Shown in pieces: positions 38,001-52,312 of a stretch of 64,000 nucleotides of DNA. The notes below the pieces were generated by a model. It was not told where the DNA came from. It was given only the letters and a program-made list of their open reading frames with translations, and searched no databases. The translations under genes and the position numbers were made by a program. Each line of letters begins with the position of its first letter. The first letter of the stretch is position 1. This DNA comes from Scenedesmus sp. PABB004. Its lineage: Eukaryota. Where the stretch lies: contig JABVCE010000014.1 in assembly GCA_014905635.1 (NCBI GenBank), forward strand, positions 682,001 through 746,000, written 5' to 3'.

Positions 38001-39390
38001 CGGCGGCGGCGCGACGCGCCGCGCGGCGCAGTAGCGCGCCAGCAGCTCCGCCTCGCTCGGCACGCCCTCTGCGGCGCGGCGGCGGCAGCGGCGGTGGTCG
38101 GACACGGCGGGGCGGGTCGGGCGCGCGGTGGCGGCGCGGCGGCGCGCGCGGGGGCCGGCGGCGCGCGCCCGCCGCACCCGGCAGCGGCGCGGCGAGGCGC
38201 AGGCTGGCGAGCGCGGGCGGCAGGTGGTGCGGCATCGCCAGGTACGCCACGTCCGCCCAGGGGTTGCCGAGCGTGGCGAGCTCCCAGTCCAGCACCGCCA
38301 CGACCTGCGGCGGTGCGCGCGGCGCGGCGCGGGGTTGTGGCGGTGCTGTATTGGGAGGGACGGCACCAGCAGTCGCGCCGCACGCTGCCGCCGCCGGACC
38401 CACGCGGCAGGCGGCGCCGCGCCGCGCGCCGCTGCCGCGCGGGTCACACCTCCAGGCGGTCGTCATAGACCAGGTTGTCGAGCCGATAGTCGCCGTGCAC
38501 CACCGCGGGCGGCACGCTGCCGTCGGCGTCGCCGGGCGGCACGTTGTCGCGCAGCCAGCCCGCGACGCGCAGCGCGGCCGCGCTCGGCGACCGCACGCTC
38601 GCGCCGTACTGCGCCGCCCAGCGCGCGACCTGGCGGCCGCAGTAGCGCGCGGGCTGGCCGAAGCCGGCCAGCCCGAGCGCGGCGGGGTCGAGGGCGTGCA
38701 GCGCCGCGAGCGTGTCGGCGAGCGCGCCGTACACGGCGGCCCGCGCGGCCGGCGCCGCGCCCGGCAGGCGCGGGTCGGTGAAGATGGTCCCGCTGGCAAA
38801 GCTCATCACGTAAAACGGCGTCCCCAGCACGCCGCGGTCGGCGCACAGCGCGAGCGCGCGCGGCACCGGCACTGCGCGGCGCGCGGCGTGTGCGCGGGCG
38901 GGCGGCGGGGGCGCGCGCGCGGTGTGCGGGCGGGGTGCGGCGCGCGCGCGCGGCGGCGCATGGCGCGGCGCGGCGCGCGGGCGCGGGGCCGCGCGCCGGC
39001 GCACCGCGCGTTCCCGCCAGCGCGGCGAGCACGCGGAACTCCCGGTCCACCGCGTGCGCGGACGCGAGCAGCTTGCCGGGCGGCTGCTTGCGCAGCACCA
39101 GGCGCTGCGGCCCGGCGCGGCGCGGCGCGGCAGCGCGCGCGTCGGCGCGGCGGCGCGCGGCGGCAGCGGCGCGCGGCGCGGCCCTCCGCCACCAGACCGC
39201 TCGGCCTTACCTGGTCGCCGAGCTGCAGCAGGTAGGTGGGGTTGGACTGGCCATGCTGGAACTGGCGAATGGACAGCGAGCCGCGCGGCAGGCCCGACAG
39301 GGTGGCGTGCAGCCACGCCTCCAGCGCCCGCGCGTCGAGCACCAGCGCCGGCCGCGCCTCCGCGGCGGCCGCGGCCGTGTCGAGCGACAT
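35100..39390 (-). CDS. IBR3: Peroxisomal acyl-CoA dehydrogenase, APH-domain + ACAD fusion (IBR3 / ACAD10-11 family)
   Basis: [109 protein letters not shown]-terminal PTS1 ARL*. Confidence 0.93.
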
Positions 39391-39776
39391 TGCGCCCGCT
39401 GCTGCCGCCGCCGCTCCCTGGCGGCCGCCCGCGCTCGCGCGGGCGTGCGCGGTCGCGCAGGCCTCACTCGCGGCACACGGTGGGAGGGCAGCGAGCTGAT
39501 GTGGGGCGGCGTGCGCGCCGACGCGGGCGCCGCTGCTGTCGGCGGTCGGCGGCGGTCGGCAATCGCGCAGCGCGCTCGGTGAGAGAGGTGTGGGAGAGGT
39601 GTGGCGATAGTTCCCCGCCCTGAACACCCACCTGGCGGCGCATGCGCGCGCGCGCGTCGCGCCCGCCGCCGCTTCGCTGAACCCCAGCGCCCTGTGTGAC
39701 GCTGTCGCCCGTAGGCAACCGCTTGCAGGCGAGCGGCCGCCGGCGGCAGCGGGCCGCGGCGGCGGACAGTCCGCCG

Positions 39777-40907
<1,131 letters not shown>

Positions 40908-41779
40908 GCCGCGCCACGCGTGCGGCAGCGCTGCGCCCTGGAGTCGTCGCGCCGAGCGGGCGAGCATGCCGCCGGCGCCGCTGCAGCGCTCGCGCCGCTG
41001 CCGGCTCCGGCCTGGCCGCGGCGCCGGCAGGGGGCGTGGCAGCTGGCGGCGAGAGCGGGGGGCGCAGTCACGCCGACGGCGGCGTGTCTGTAGGGACAGT
41101 CACGCCTGTTAAACGCGCCGCCGCCGCCAGGGTTTGGCGCCTGGCGTCCAACGCGCGCAGCGGCGTCATGCAGGTCACACCCGTCAATCGTGCAGGTAAG
41201 AGCTGCACCGGACACTCCAACGCGCAAAGGGATGGCGAGATGCGTGCGCGCAACCAAGCAGGCGTGCGTGGCCAGCACGAGTACGTCAACACGCCCAGTA
41301 CCCGTACCCCCGCGCTTGCCGCACCCGCCCGCCCAACCTCGCCGCGCCGTGTGCCGTGTGCCGTGTGCTCATATACACGTGGCAGCGCCGCAGCGCAGCG
41401 CGGCGCGCAAACACCGGGCCCCAAGTGATGGAGCGCCGCTTCTCACTCCGACGCGTTGTTTCTCACCGCGTCGCATCCGTCGTTGGTGATGATGAGGCCT
41501 CGCCGCCGCCGCCGGCGCCCCCCTCCCCCAGGCCCCGGGGCCCTCCCCCAGTTCTGCGGCGCGCGCCGCCCGCGGCCTGGGAGCTGCGGGCGCCGCGCAG
41601 CACGCGCATCACAGAGCCCCTGCCCGAATTCGCCAGCGTGCCGCCCGGCGCAGCGGCCCGCGCGCGCGCGCGGCGCCGCCCCCGCCCCCGCCCCGCCCGG
41701 GCCCGACCCTCCGCGCGCCGAGGCCGCGTCTCCACGCCGGCCCTCGGTCGCGCGCCGCGTGCGGGCGTGTTATGCGTCA

Positions 41780-44700
41780 TTATATCACAAACTCAAAGTG
41801 ACGGTCACTGTCCGCCAGCGCCGCGGCCATGTCAGACACGCCGCTCTCGGCCGGGGCCAGCGCCGCGGCCGCGGCGGGGCCGGCCGCGGCGGGCCCGCCC
41901 GCGGGCCCGCCCACGGTGCCGCCGCGCACGCTGCGGTCGCCGCCGCGCACGCTGGCGTCGCCGCCGCGCACGCTGGCGTCGCCGCCGCGCACCGAGGTGT
42001 CATAAAAGGCGGCGCTCGGGTCGGCGTCGGCGGGGTCGAGGCTCAGCCGCTGGCGGCGCTCGGCGATCATCAGGTTGAGGCACTCCACCACGCGCGGCGC
42101 CTTGGGCCGGTCGGCGGGCTCGGTCGCCCTGCGCCGCGGCGGCGGCCGCGGTGCGGCGGCAGCGCGTGAGGCCGCCGCCGCGGGAGCGCGAGCGCGCGTC
42201 TGGTCTGGCTGGCGCGCTGCTGCTGCCGCCGGCGCCGCCGCTGCCGCCACCGCCGCACCAGCAGTGCTCCATCAAGAGCTGGTAGTCGGCAGGAATGCCG
42301 CTGGGCACGAGCGGGCGCAGGTTGCGCATCACGATGGCCTCGAAGAATTGGGCTGAGGGGGGTCAGGGTTCAGGGTTCAGGGTTCAGGGTTCAGGGTTCA
42401 GGCGGCGGCCGTGACGGGCGACACGCGTGAGCGGGCATGAGGCGGCGGCGGCGGCGCGCGCCGGAGCGCGCAGCGGCCCGGCGGGCCACGTGGCGCGGCG
42501 CGCGCACCGTAGTGCAGCTTCCTGAACGCCGCCTGGCCGGTGTAGATCTCCCACATCATCACGCCTGGCAACGCGGCGTGCGGCGGGGCGAAGTCCGGAG
42601 CTCAGCGCGTGCAGCACGCGTGCGGCGCCGGCGGGCGGGGGCGCGGGCGCCGCGCGCGCCGCGGCCGGGGCGCGCGCACCGAACGCGTACACGTCCGCCG
42701 CGGTCGACATGCGGCCGTAGCGCAGCAGCTCGGGGGGCATGTGCGACAGCGTGCCTGGCGGCGGTCGCAGCGGCGCCGCGCGTCACGCGGCGCGCCGCGG
42801 CCTCGGCGCGCCGCCGCCGGCGAGGCGCGCGCACCGCAGGTGCCGGTGGTCCGGTGTGTGCGCTGCTGCTGGATCGCCTTGCTCAGGCCCAGGTCGCTGA
42901 GCTTGGCGACCATGCCGCACGCCGCCGCGGCGCTGCTGGAGACGAGCACGTTGCGTGCGTCTGCGGCGCCGCGGGCGGGTGCGGGCGGCGCATCGGCGGC
43001 GGCGGAGCGCGCGCGCGCGGCGGCGGAGCGCGCGCGCGCAGCGGCGCCCGGGGGCCCCGCCGGCGCCGGCGCCGCGTGGCTCACTGAGGTCGCCGTGCGC
43101 GATGCTCTTGCTGTGCAGCAGGCGCAGCCCCTGCGCGGCGTCGCGCAGCAGCAGCAGGCGCTCGAGCATCTGCTCGTCGCACTCCTCCTCCGGGATCCAC
43201 TCGGCCGCGATGTTGGCGAGCGTGCCCAGGTCGCAGTACCTGCGGCGCGAGGGAGGGGGGGGGAGGGGGGGGGCGGCGGCGGCGGCGGCGCGGCGAGCGG
43301 CTCGCGCGGCGCGGCGGGCGCGGGGAGCACAGCCCGCGCGGGCGCCGCGGCGTGGCGGGAGCACAGCGCGGCTCGCGGCCGCGGCGGCGGTGGCAGCGCT
43401 CACTCGAGAATGATCCACGTCTCGCTGCGGTGCCCCGCTGCCAAGGGCGACGCCGGCGGCGTCGCGCCGGCCGCGCGGCTGCCCACGGGCGAGCCGCCGC
43501 CCGCGGCGGCGCCCGCGCCGCCGTCGGCGCCCGCCGCCGCCGCGTCGCCGGCGTGCTCGCCGCTCGCCGGCAGGCGCGCGGCCTGCAGCTGCAGCCGCGT
43601 CGGCGAGCCGAGGCTGAGCTGCGGGTGAGCCACGCTCGTGCTGGCCGCGCCGCCGCCGCTGCCCGGCTCGGCGGCCTCGCCGCCGCGCGGCGAGGGCGGC
43701 TGGTCGGCGGGCGCGGGCCGCGCGGCGCCGTCGGGCAGCCCCTCGAGCGTGCCGCCGCCGCGGTCCACATACGTGGCGACGTGGAAGGCGCGGACGATGT
43801 TCTGCGGCGGCGGCGGCAGCGGCCGGGCGCCGCGGCCGCGCGGATGAGCGGCGGCGCGACGGCAGCGGCTTCGGCACGCGCAGCGGCAACCCCTGGCGCC
43901 GCCCGGTTGGCCGGCCTGGGCAGGGCCCGTTGGCTGCCGCCTGTCCAGCGCGCCGCACGCCGCGCTGGCGGCTCACCGGGTGGTTGAACGCCAGCAGCAG
44001 CGCCGTCTCAGTCTTGACCGCCTCGTCAGCCTGCGAGCGTTACGATGAGGGGTTTAGGGTTTGCGATTCAGGGCCAACCGCGGCGCGCGCGCGCCGCCCC
44101 AGCCGCGGCCGCCGCGCGGCTCTCCGGCGCTCGCAGGGAAGGCGCCCGCGCTCGCGACCGCGCCCGCCGCCACTCACCGAGCCCGCGTGCTCGATGACCT
44201 TGACAGCCACCTGCGAGGGTTGAGACGAGGAGTTTAGGGTTGAGGGGCAACCGCGGCGCACGCGCGAGCCGCCCCGGCCGCGGGGCTCCCGCGGCTCTCT
44301 GGCACTCGCAGGACGGGCGCCGCTCACCTCCCGGTCGGCCCAGCGCGCCCTGTAGACGCGCCCAAAGCTGCCAGAGCCGAGGAGCTTGCCAAAGTGGACC
44401 TCGTGGTCACCCACGTTGGCCACCAGCGGCGAGGTGAGGCACACCGCGCGCTCCCAGCCCTGGCCGCAGCCCAGCGGCGCGCGCACGAGCGCCCCGGCGC
44501 TGCGGGCGCGGCGGGCGCGGCGGGCGCGTGGGCGAGGCGCGGCGGGCACGGCGGGCCGCGCCGGCGGCCGGGCCGCGCCAGCAGCCGGGCCGCGCCAGCA
44601 GCCGGGCCGCGCCGGCAGCAGCGCTCACCCGTTGCCCGAAGGCGGCAGGCCCTTCTCGACGTCCGATGGCCTGCCGGACAGGGGCGTGCCCCGGCCGCTG

Positions 44701-46370
44701 CCCGACGCGCCGCGCCCCGACTTGGAGCCCGGGCCGCGCGCCGGCGCGCGCCGGCGGCGGCGCCACAGCACCGCGCCCAGCGCAGCCAGCGCGGCCACGA
44801 CCGCCACCGGCACCGCGATCGCCGCAGCGAGAACGCCCGCGCTGGGGCCGCGCGCGCCGCCCGGCGGGGCGCCCGCCTGCGCCTGCGCGCGCGGCGCGGG
44901 CCGCGCCGGCGACACGGGCGCGTCGGCGGCGGCGCCGCGCCGGCCGTGCCGCGCCAGCGCCGCCCGCGCCGCCCGGCCGGGCTCGGCCTGGCTCCAAGCG
45001 CTGCGCTCGCACCTGGTCGATGAGCTCGTTAACGCACGCGTCGGGGCTCTTGCGCTCCAGGCAGGCGCGGTCGACGGTGTGCGCGCACAGCCGTGACACG
45101 TTGCGGCTCACCTGCGCGGCGGCGCCCGGCCACGTCGCGCGCCTCGTGCCGCGTCGCACGCGCCGCGCGGCGCGCCGCCGCCCCCGCGCCGCCGCGCCGC
45201 CGCGCCCCGCCGCCGCCGGCGGCGCGGCGCCGCTGCTGCGCGCCACGCACGACTGTATAGCCTCCGAATGCTCCGTGGCCCTCCTGCACGGTGCGCGGCA
45301 CGTCTGCAGCAAAGTCGAGGATGATGAGGCTGTCGGGGAAGGACCGGCCCTGCAGGCGCGGGGGCGCGGGGGCGCCGAGGCGCGGAGGCGAGGTGGAGGC
45401 GCCGAGGCGCGGAGGGGGCGTGGAGGCACGGAGGCGCGCGCGGGCGGGCGCGCAGCGCGCAGACAGGCGCACAGACAGGCGCGCGGCGCGCGGGCGGCGG
45501 CGGGGCCGGCGCCGCGGGGCAGCGCGCGCGGCGCGCGCACCATGAAGTCGACGTCCCGCCGTGTGTACTCCTGCGCGCCGGCGCCGCTCGGCGGCACCGC
45601 CGCGCTGCGCCGCGTCGCCGAGAGCACCGCCGCCGAGTCCTTGGCCGCCGTGCACGCGTACTGCAGCCTGCGCGCGGCGGCGGCGCGCGGCGCGGCGTCG
45701 CGCCGCGCGCGGCCCGGCCGCGCGGGCGCGGGCGCCGCCGCGGCCCGCGGCCCCACCTGACGACGCCGAGCTGGTGGAGCGCCGCGCGGCCGCCCGGGGG
45801 TCCCACGAAGAAGTCCTGCGCCGGGGCGCGCGGCGGCGTCGGCGCGCGCGCTGCCCGCCGCCCCCGCGCCCGCGCCGCGGCCGCCGCGCCCGCGCCGCGG
45901 CCGCCGCGCCCGCGCGCACATAGGGGCTGCCGCTGCCGCGGCGTTCGTTGGTCACGGTCAGGTTGGCGAGCGTCACCACGCACGTCGCGCAGAGCTGCGC
46001 GGCGCCGAGCTTGTACCCCAGGTCCAGCACGTCGGCGGTGCCGTGCTCGCCGCTCACGGTGAGGTTCCTGCGAGCGCGCGGGCCGGCCCGCGGTCGACAC
46101 CGACCGCGGCGCGCGCCGCGGCGCTGCTGCGCGCGCCGCCGCCGCGCACCGGTCGATCGCGACCGGCGCCCGCGCCGCGATGGCGGCGTCGAACTGGCTG
46201 CCCACGCTGTAGTTGCCGTGCAGCACGATGGCCGTGACCGCCTGGTCCCGCAGCGCGCCGAGCAACGCGCCGCTGCCGCTGCCGCTGCCGTCCAGCAAGG
46301 CCGTCGTGCCCAGCGCCGCCGGCAGCGCGGCGGCGACGAGGAGCAGGCCCCGGAACGCGGCCGGCCCCAT
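41780..46370 (-). CDS. Receptor-like TKL protein kinase, paralog B
   Basis: Signal peptide MGPAAFRGLLLVAAALPAALG; ectodomain homologous to paralog A (NLTVSG, LCATC, NERRG, FPDSL, GGY, CLERKSPDACVNEL); TM; kinase motifs GSGSFGRVY, VAVK, HGDLNARNVL, SDLGLS, HMPPELL. Confidence 0.88.
42363..42402 (+). repeat. Telomere-like (TTCAGGG)n, about 5.5 units, intronic
   Basis: TCAGGGT x5 plus TCAGG; one base differs from plant-type TTTAGGG. Confidence 0.8.
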
Positions 46371-46913
46371 CGCGCCGTGCGCTCACGGGCGCGCGGGCGC
46401 AGCGGCGCCGCCGCTCGCCGCCCACGGCGGCGCTGGCTCAACAACCGCCAGCAGGCGGCCCTGGCGTGCGCTGGACGGTGTCGGGAAAGCACTTCACGGA
46501 CGGGGGAGCGGCGGATCGAGGCGGCGCTCTGCCTGCGAGCTCCCGGCCCGGCCGCTGCTGCAAGGCCGACGCTGCTGCTGCTGCAGCGCGGTGGGGGGCG
46601 CGGTCCGGCTGCGGCGCCTTTCAGGCGGGCTGCCGGGAATCCCGGGTGCGCGAGGAACGCGCCGACGCCGAGCTCGCCGCGGACCTTGGGCCCTGAAGCA
46701 CGGCGGCGCACGCGTTTTCTGACTGCCGCCGCGCGCGCTTGAGCGGCGGTGGCGCCGCCCCGCCGCTCTCAAGCCGCGTCAGTCGCCGAGCCGCACGCGA
46801 CGCCTGCGCACCGCCTGCGAGGAGGCGCCGCCGCCGCCGCTGCTGCTCGCGCCCGCGCCGCGCCGCCCGCCGCGGCCGCGCCTGGCCCCGGGCCCGCCTG
46901 CAGCGCCGCGCCC

Positions 46914-48527
46914 ATGGAGCCCGGCGATGCGGTGAGCACGGATCACCGGCGGGCGCCAGCGGCCAGGGGCCGGCGGCGACGTGGGGGGGCCGTGCGCGCG
47001 CCGTGCTGCTGCGTGCGCCCTGCGCCCCCGCGCCGCCGCCCACCCGCGCGAACCAGCGCCGCGCGCCCCGCCGGCTGCGCGCCTGACCCTCCCTGCGCCG
47101 CCTCTCCGCGCGTGCCGCAGGGCGCGTCGCCCTTTGCGCGGCTGCCGGCGGAGGTGCTGCCGCGCGTGCTGGCGAAGCTGGGCGTGCCCGACTGCCTGGG
47201 CGCCGCCGCGCTCGTGTGCCGCGCCTGGGCCGACGCGGCAGCCACGGCCAGCACGGACGTGTGCATAGACTTTGGCTGGGGTGAACGTGCAGCCCAGCGC
47301 ACCGCCGCGCTCAACCGCTGGCTGGCGCGCCACGGGCGGGGCGTGGCAAGCCTGGATGCCATGGGCGGCGCTTGCAATAAAGTGCCGCTGGAGCTGCCGC
47401 TGCCGCTGCCTCAGCTGTGCAGCCTGACGTTTGGGGGCATGGCCGTGGCGCTGCGCGGCGACGGCGGCGGCGGTGGCGGCGGCAACGCGCTGCCGGCGCT
47501 GACCCGCCTTGACATTGGCTTTGACCCCTTCCCCACCAGCCTGCTGTGCCCCGGCCTGCGCGAGCTGCGCCTGTTCAGTTGCGGTGGGGCATTGTTTGAC
47601 GAGGTGCTGGCGGCGCTGCCGTGCATGCCGGAGCTCACCAAGCTTGAGTTCGATGGCCACGCGCTTGCCAGCGCCGCGCTCTCTGCCGCGGCCGCGCTGA
47701 CGGGGCTGCGGCACCTGGTGCTGGACGTTGACGACGATGCACCAGGGCCAACGCACGTCCCGCCGCTGCCCCCGCGCTCACGCACCTGGGGTTGGCTGGC
47801 CTGCAAGGCGGCGCGGTGGGCCCCGCCGCCCTTGCGCACCTCACGGGCCTGGAGGGCTTGCGCCTGGCTAGTGTCACTCTGGTGGACCCGGCCGCAGCGT
47901 TCACGCCGCTCACGCGCCTCACGGCGCTGAGGCTGAGCCTGTGGGAGGGCGGCGACAGCGCCACATCGTCGGCGCTGCTGCGCGTGCTGCCGTGCCTGGC
48001 CCGGCTGCAGGAGCTGGACCTGGGCTTTGGGCGCCACCGGGTCCTGGCCGGCTGTGCCGAGTCTGCCAGCATCATCGCGTCGCTCACGCAGCTGACGTGC
48101 TTGAAGCTGTTTGGCGGCGATCTGGCGCCCGGCGCGGTAGCGCGCCTGTTTGCACGCGCGCTGCCGTCGCTGCGTGAGCTGACCATCCACTGCGGACGCG
48201 GGGCAGCATCAGGCGTGCGGCTGGCGCAGGCGGAGCTGGACGCCCTGGTCGCCGCCTGTCCCGGCCTGCGGCAGCTGGAGCTCTGGGCGGCGTTCAACCC
48301 CGGTGTGTCCTGCGCGCGCCTCGGCCTGCTGAGCGAGCTGAGGTTCCTGCACCTGTTCGGCGACTGCGTGAGCGACGACGACGTGGCGCACCTGGCGCGC
48401 GCGCTGACCGCGCTGGAGCACCTGGTCTTGTCGGGCGCGCCGCTGCTGGGGGCGGCTGGCGTGGTCAGCCTCGTGCACGCCGCGCGGCTGACGGGTCTCC
48501 GGGTTGCGCAGTGCGGCGTCAACGCGC

Positions 48528-48558
<31 letters not shown>

Positions 48559-49070
48559 GGGCCACGGTCGCATGGACGTCATCCACCTGGGGTTTTGCAA
48601 GGTGCGCAGCGGGCGGGTGCTCGTCGCAGGCAGGCGGCTGCCCTTTGCCGCAGCCGCTCGCACGCCCGCGCGCCGCCGCCGACCCGCACCTGCTGCCCCC
48701 ACCCGCGCAGCCGCAGGAGCGCGCGGCCCCGTTCGTGCGCCAGCTGCTTGGACTGTGCTGCCGCAACGCTGCGCTGTATAAGGCACTGCTGGCGCATGCT
48801 TTGCCCGAGCACGTGGCGCTTTGCGGTGAGGAGTCGGGGGCGCTGGCGCTGCGCGGCTGCCCTTGCGCCGGCGCGGGCGCGGGGCGAAACTCGCGCTGCT
48901 CGCCGCTGTCGCCGCTCCCCGCAGACGCGCTGGGCGCCAAGATGCAGGAGCTTGCGGCGGCGCAGGACCAGGGGCTCACGGTCGTGAAAGAGCTGACCGC
49001 CGAGCTTGCAGCCTGGCAGGCGCTGCGCGCGGAGCTGCAGCAGGTTGTGCCAGCTGCTGACCTCGGCTGA
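46914..49070 (+). CDS. F-box/LRR protein paralog 2, with an apparent 1-nt deletion at 47769-47773 (pseudogene or sequence error)
   Basis: Same MEPGDA micro-exon, F-box and LRRs as paralogs 1 and 3. The frame switches between ORFs 46749..47930 and 47792..48781 at a C5 run. Confidence 0.8.
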
Positions 49071-49466
49071 GCGCCGCGGGCGGGCGGGGCTGCGGCACCG
49101 GGCGAGGGCGTGGGCGTCGGGGTCCCGCGGCGCTCTTCAGCGGTCAGGCGGCCGGCGCGCGGGCACGGGTGCGCAATTGGCGCAAACGGCGTGCACGGGC
49201 GGCGCGGGTGCGGGCGGGCACGATGGTCGCGCGCGGCGGCGAAGTTTGAAGGGCAAAGTTTGAAGGGCGGCCGCACACCACACGGCGAGCAGGGCTTGCC
49301 TGTCGAGCAGGGCTTGGCTGGTTGCGCGCCGCGCGGGCCGCGGCCTGCTGGCAATATTGACATGACATTTAATGCGCAGGTTGCCCCGCCCGCGGCTCGC
49401 TCAGTCCAGCGAGGCGCCGCCCGCCTCCCCCCCCCCCCCCCCGGACGCCCGCGGCCGCGGCCGGCC

Positions 49467-50301
49467 TCACGCGCCCAGCCGCGCCGCGCTGACGAGCACG
49501 CCGTCGGCGTCCGCGTAGACCCACTCGCCCTCGGCCACCGGCACGCCCGCGAGGCTGACCGGCACGCCCGCGGCGCCCTGGTAGATGGCGGCCTTGTCGC
49601 TCTTGAGCGGGCACGTCCCCCGTGCCTTGACGCCGAGCGCCATGCGCCCGAGCGCGGCGCTGTCGCGCACGGGGCCGTCCACGACGACGCCCTGCGGCAC
49701 GCGCGTCAGCGCCGCGCGCCGCCGAGCCGCGCCGTGTGGTACGCGTGCGCGCGCTGTCGCTGCGCCAGCGCCGCGCGCGCGCGCGCACCGCCCAGCCGTT
49801 CTTCACCGCCAGCTCGCCCAGCGCGTCGCCCAGCAGCGCGCAGCGCTGGCTGCCGCCGCCGTCGACGACCAGCACGCGACCCCCGCCGGGGCCCTCGAGC
49901 GCCTGGGGGGCGCGCGCGGGCGCGCGGCGGGCGTGGGGCGCCGGCGGCGCGCGCGCGCACGCGCGGAACTGGGCGGGCCGGCGAGCGCGCGCGCAGCGGC
50001 GGGGCCGGCCAGCGCGCGCAGCGCGCCGCGCCTTGCGGACGAGCGTGTTGCACTCGTGGCACTTGACCGTGTGCGCGGGCCCCGCGAACGCCGCGACGCC
50101 ACCGTAGCTCCTGCGGGCGCGGGCGCACGCGGCGGCGCGCTCGTTCGTGCCGCCGGCGTCCGCACCGCTGCCGCTGCCGGCGCCGCGCCTGAACACGTCC
50201 GGCACCACGCGCACGGACGCGTCGGCGCTCGCGCTGAGCGCGGCGATGTCACCGATGTGCTGGTCGCACAGGTCGGCCGTGGCGGGCGCCGGCGCCGCCA
50301 T
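49467..50301 (-). CDS. rraA: RraA-like / 4-hydroxy-4-methyl-2-oxoglutarate aldolase family protein
   Basis: [71 protein letters not shown]. Confidence 0.93.
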
Positions 50302-50699
50302 TCGGCGCGGCGCTGGCGCGGCGCAGGCGGTGGCGGCCGCTGCCGTGTGCGCGGCGCGCGGCGAGGCGGTGCGGTGCGGTGCGGCGGGACCGACCCGAGT
50401 GCGGGACGCGTGCCGGAGGGCGGCGGGGCGCGATCTGGGGCGCGGCGGCGGCGCGCGCGGCAGCGAGGCGCCACCGACGCCGCCGCCGGCGCGCTAAAAC
50501 GCGCCTCCGGCCACGGGGCCGGCGCGGGCGCGGTCAGACGCACAAACACACGTCGCGATCCCGCTCCCACCGCCGGCTGCCGGCCTCGCCGGCACCCGGG
50601 ATGCTGCCGAGCGGTGCTGCTGCCCACCGCGGCCAAGGAGCGCCCCCAGGAGCGCCCCAGCGCGCCGTGGCAGCGGTGTAAGCGCACCGGTGGCGCGCC

Positions 50700-52271
50700 A
50701 TGGAGCCGCAGCGCCCCTGGCAGGAGGAGGAGCACGAGTTTTGGCCCGACGAGCACCACGCGGCCCCCTTGCCGCGCAGCGAGTCCGCGAAACGACGTGC
50801 GTGTGGGGCGTGGGGTGTGGGTGCACTGGGCGCCGCCGCACGGGCGAGCGCCATGGCTGCGCGCCGGCGCGGCGCCGAACGCTGCCGCGCCGCCGCTGCT
50901 GCTGCCGCCGCGCCGCGCAGGCGGCAAGGATGTCCGGCGCAACAAGAGCAGCGGCTCGCTGTCAAAGGTGAGTGCCGCCCGGGGCGGCAGGAGCAGGAGC
51001 AGGGGGCGACGGCGGGGCGGCGCCCGCGGCGGGCGGCGCGTGCCGCAGCCTCGCCCGCGCCGCGCCGTCGCTGGCGCGCGCAGGCGGCGTGCGGCCCGCA
51101 CAAGCTGCTGCGCGCGGCGGCCGGCGGCGAGGGGCCGACGGCGCAGCAGCCCGGCGGCGGCGCGTCGCCGCGCGGGCACCACGCGCACCACCGCAAGGCG
51201 AAGGGCGCAAAGCAGAAGGCCATCCACAAGGCCCGCGCGTTCAAGGTGCGCCGCCACTCCCCTCCTCCCGGCAGCACCGCACGCGCGCGTGCGCGCGCCG
51301 CACCCACGCCGTGCCGCTGGCCCGCAGCAGCTGGCGCTGGCCCCGCGCGCGCGTGCCGAGCGCCGCCCCTGCCGCGCGCCGCCGCGCGCGCCCGCTTGCA
51401 GGATCTGGACATGACCATCGAGCTGCTGGGCATCGAGAGCAGCCGGCAGTGCCCCATCGCCATCTCCATGGCCCTGAGCGATCGCCTCGGCAGCTTCCTG
51501 CCGGACCTCCCCGGCATCGGCGGCGGCGGCGGCGGCAGCGCCGCCGCGGCGTCGGCGAGCCCCGGCTGGGCGACGCCGCCGGGCAGCGCGCTGCAGACGC
51601 CGGGCGCGAGCGCGGCGGGCGGCGCCGCGGGCGGCGGCGCCAGCAGCAGCGGCAGCGCGGGCCCGAGCGGCGTCAGCCGCAACAGCAGCCAGGCTGCGGG
51701 CCGGGGCCTCAGCAGCGCCGGCGCGGTGCTGCCGCCGGGGCGGCTGTCGTCGGTGAGCGGCAGCGACGACGCGTCGGGCGCCCCCGGCGCGGCCGCAGGG
51801 GCCGCGCAGGCGGCGGCGCCGGCGAGCGGCGCCGGCGGCACGCCGCGCAAGCCGCGGCGGCACCACCATCGCACACGGTCGCAGTCGGACGCGCTGCAGG
51901 CGCTGGAGGAGGCGGCGCAGCGGCAGCAGGAGCAGGCGCCACCTGCGCAGGCGGGGCAGCAGCAGCAGCAGCGAGCCCATCTGCAGCAGCAGCCGCAGCA
52001 GCGGGGGGCGCAGCGGGGGCAGCAGCGGCCGTCGCCGCCGCAGCAGCCGCCGCCGCCGCCGCCGCACCAGCACCAGCCGCCGCCGCCGCCACCGCCGCCC
52101 TGGCAGCAGCAGCAGCAGCAGCAGCCTTGGCGCGGCCAGCCACCGCCGCCGCCGCCGCCGCGGCAGCGGCAGGCAGTGGTGCACTTTGCGCAGGGCCCGC
52201 ACCCGCAGCGGGGCGGGCCGCCGGCGCACCCGCCCCACCAGCCCTACCAGGGCTTTGCCCCGGGGCTGGGC

Positions 52272-52312
<41 letters not shown>

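Noticed and set aside
26319..39390. PLGG1-like, rhodanese and peroxisomal ACAD genes as a photorespiration or metabolic cluster
   Set aside because: There is no shared pathway; adjacency is expected in a compact genome.
41168..41200. ATG followed by a strong plus-strand donor (CAG|GTAAGA)
   Set aside because: There is no convincing downstream acceptor and coding exon; it lies in an intergenic or UTR region.
46738..46772. Imperfect hairpin upstream of F-box copy 2 as a Helitron or MITE end
   Set aside because: It is not seen at the other two copies, there is no target-site duplication or CTRR end, and GC hairpins are expected by chance.
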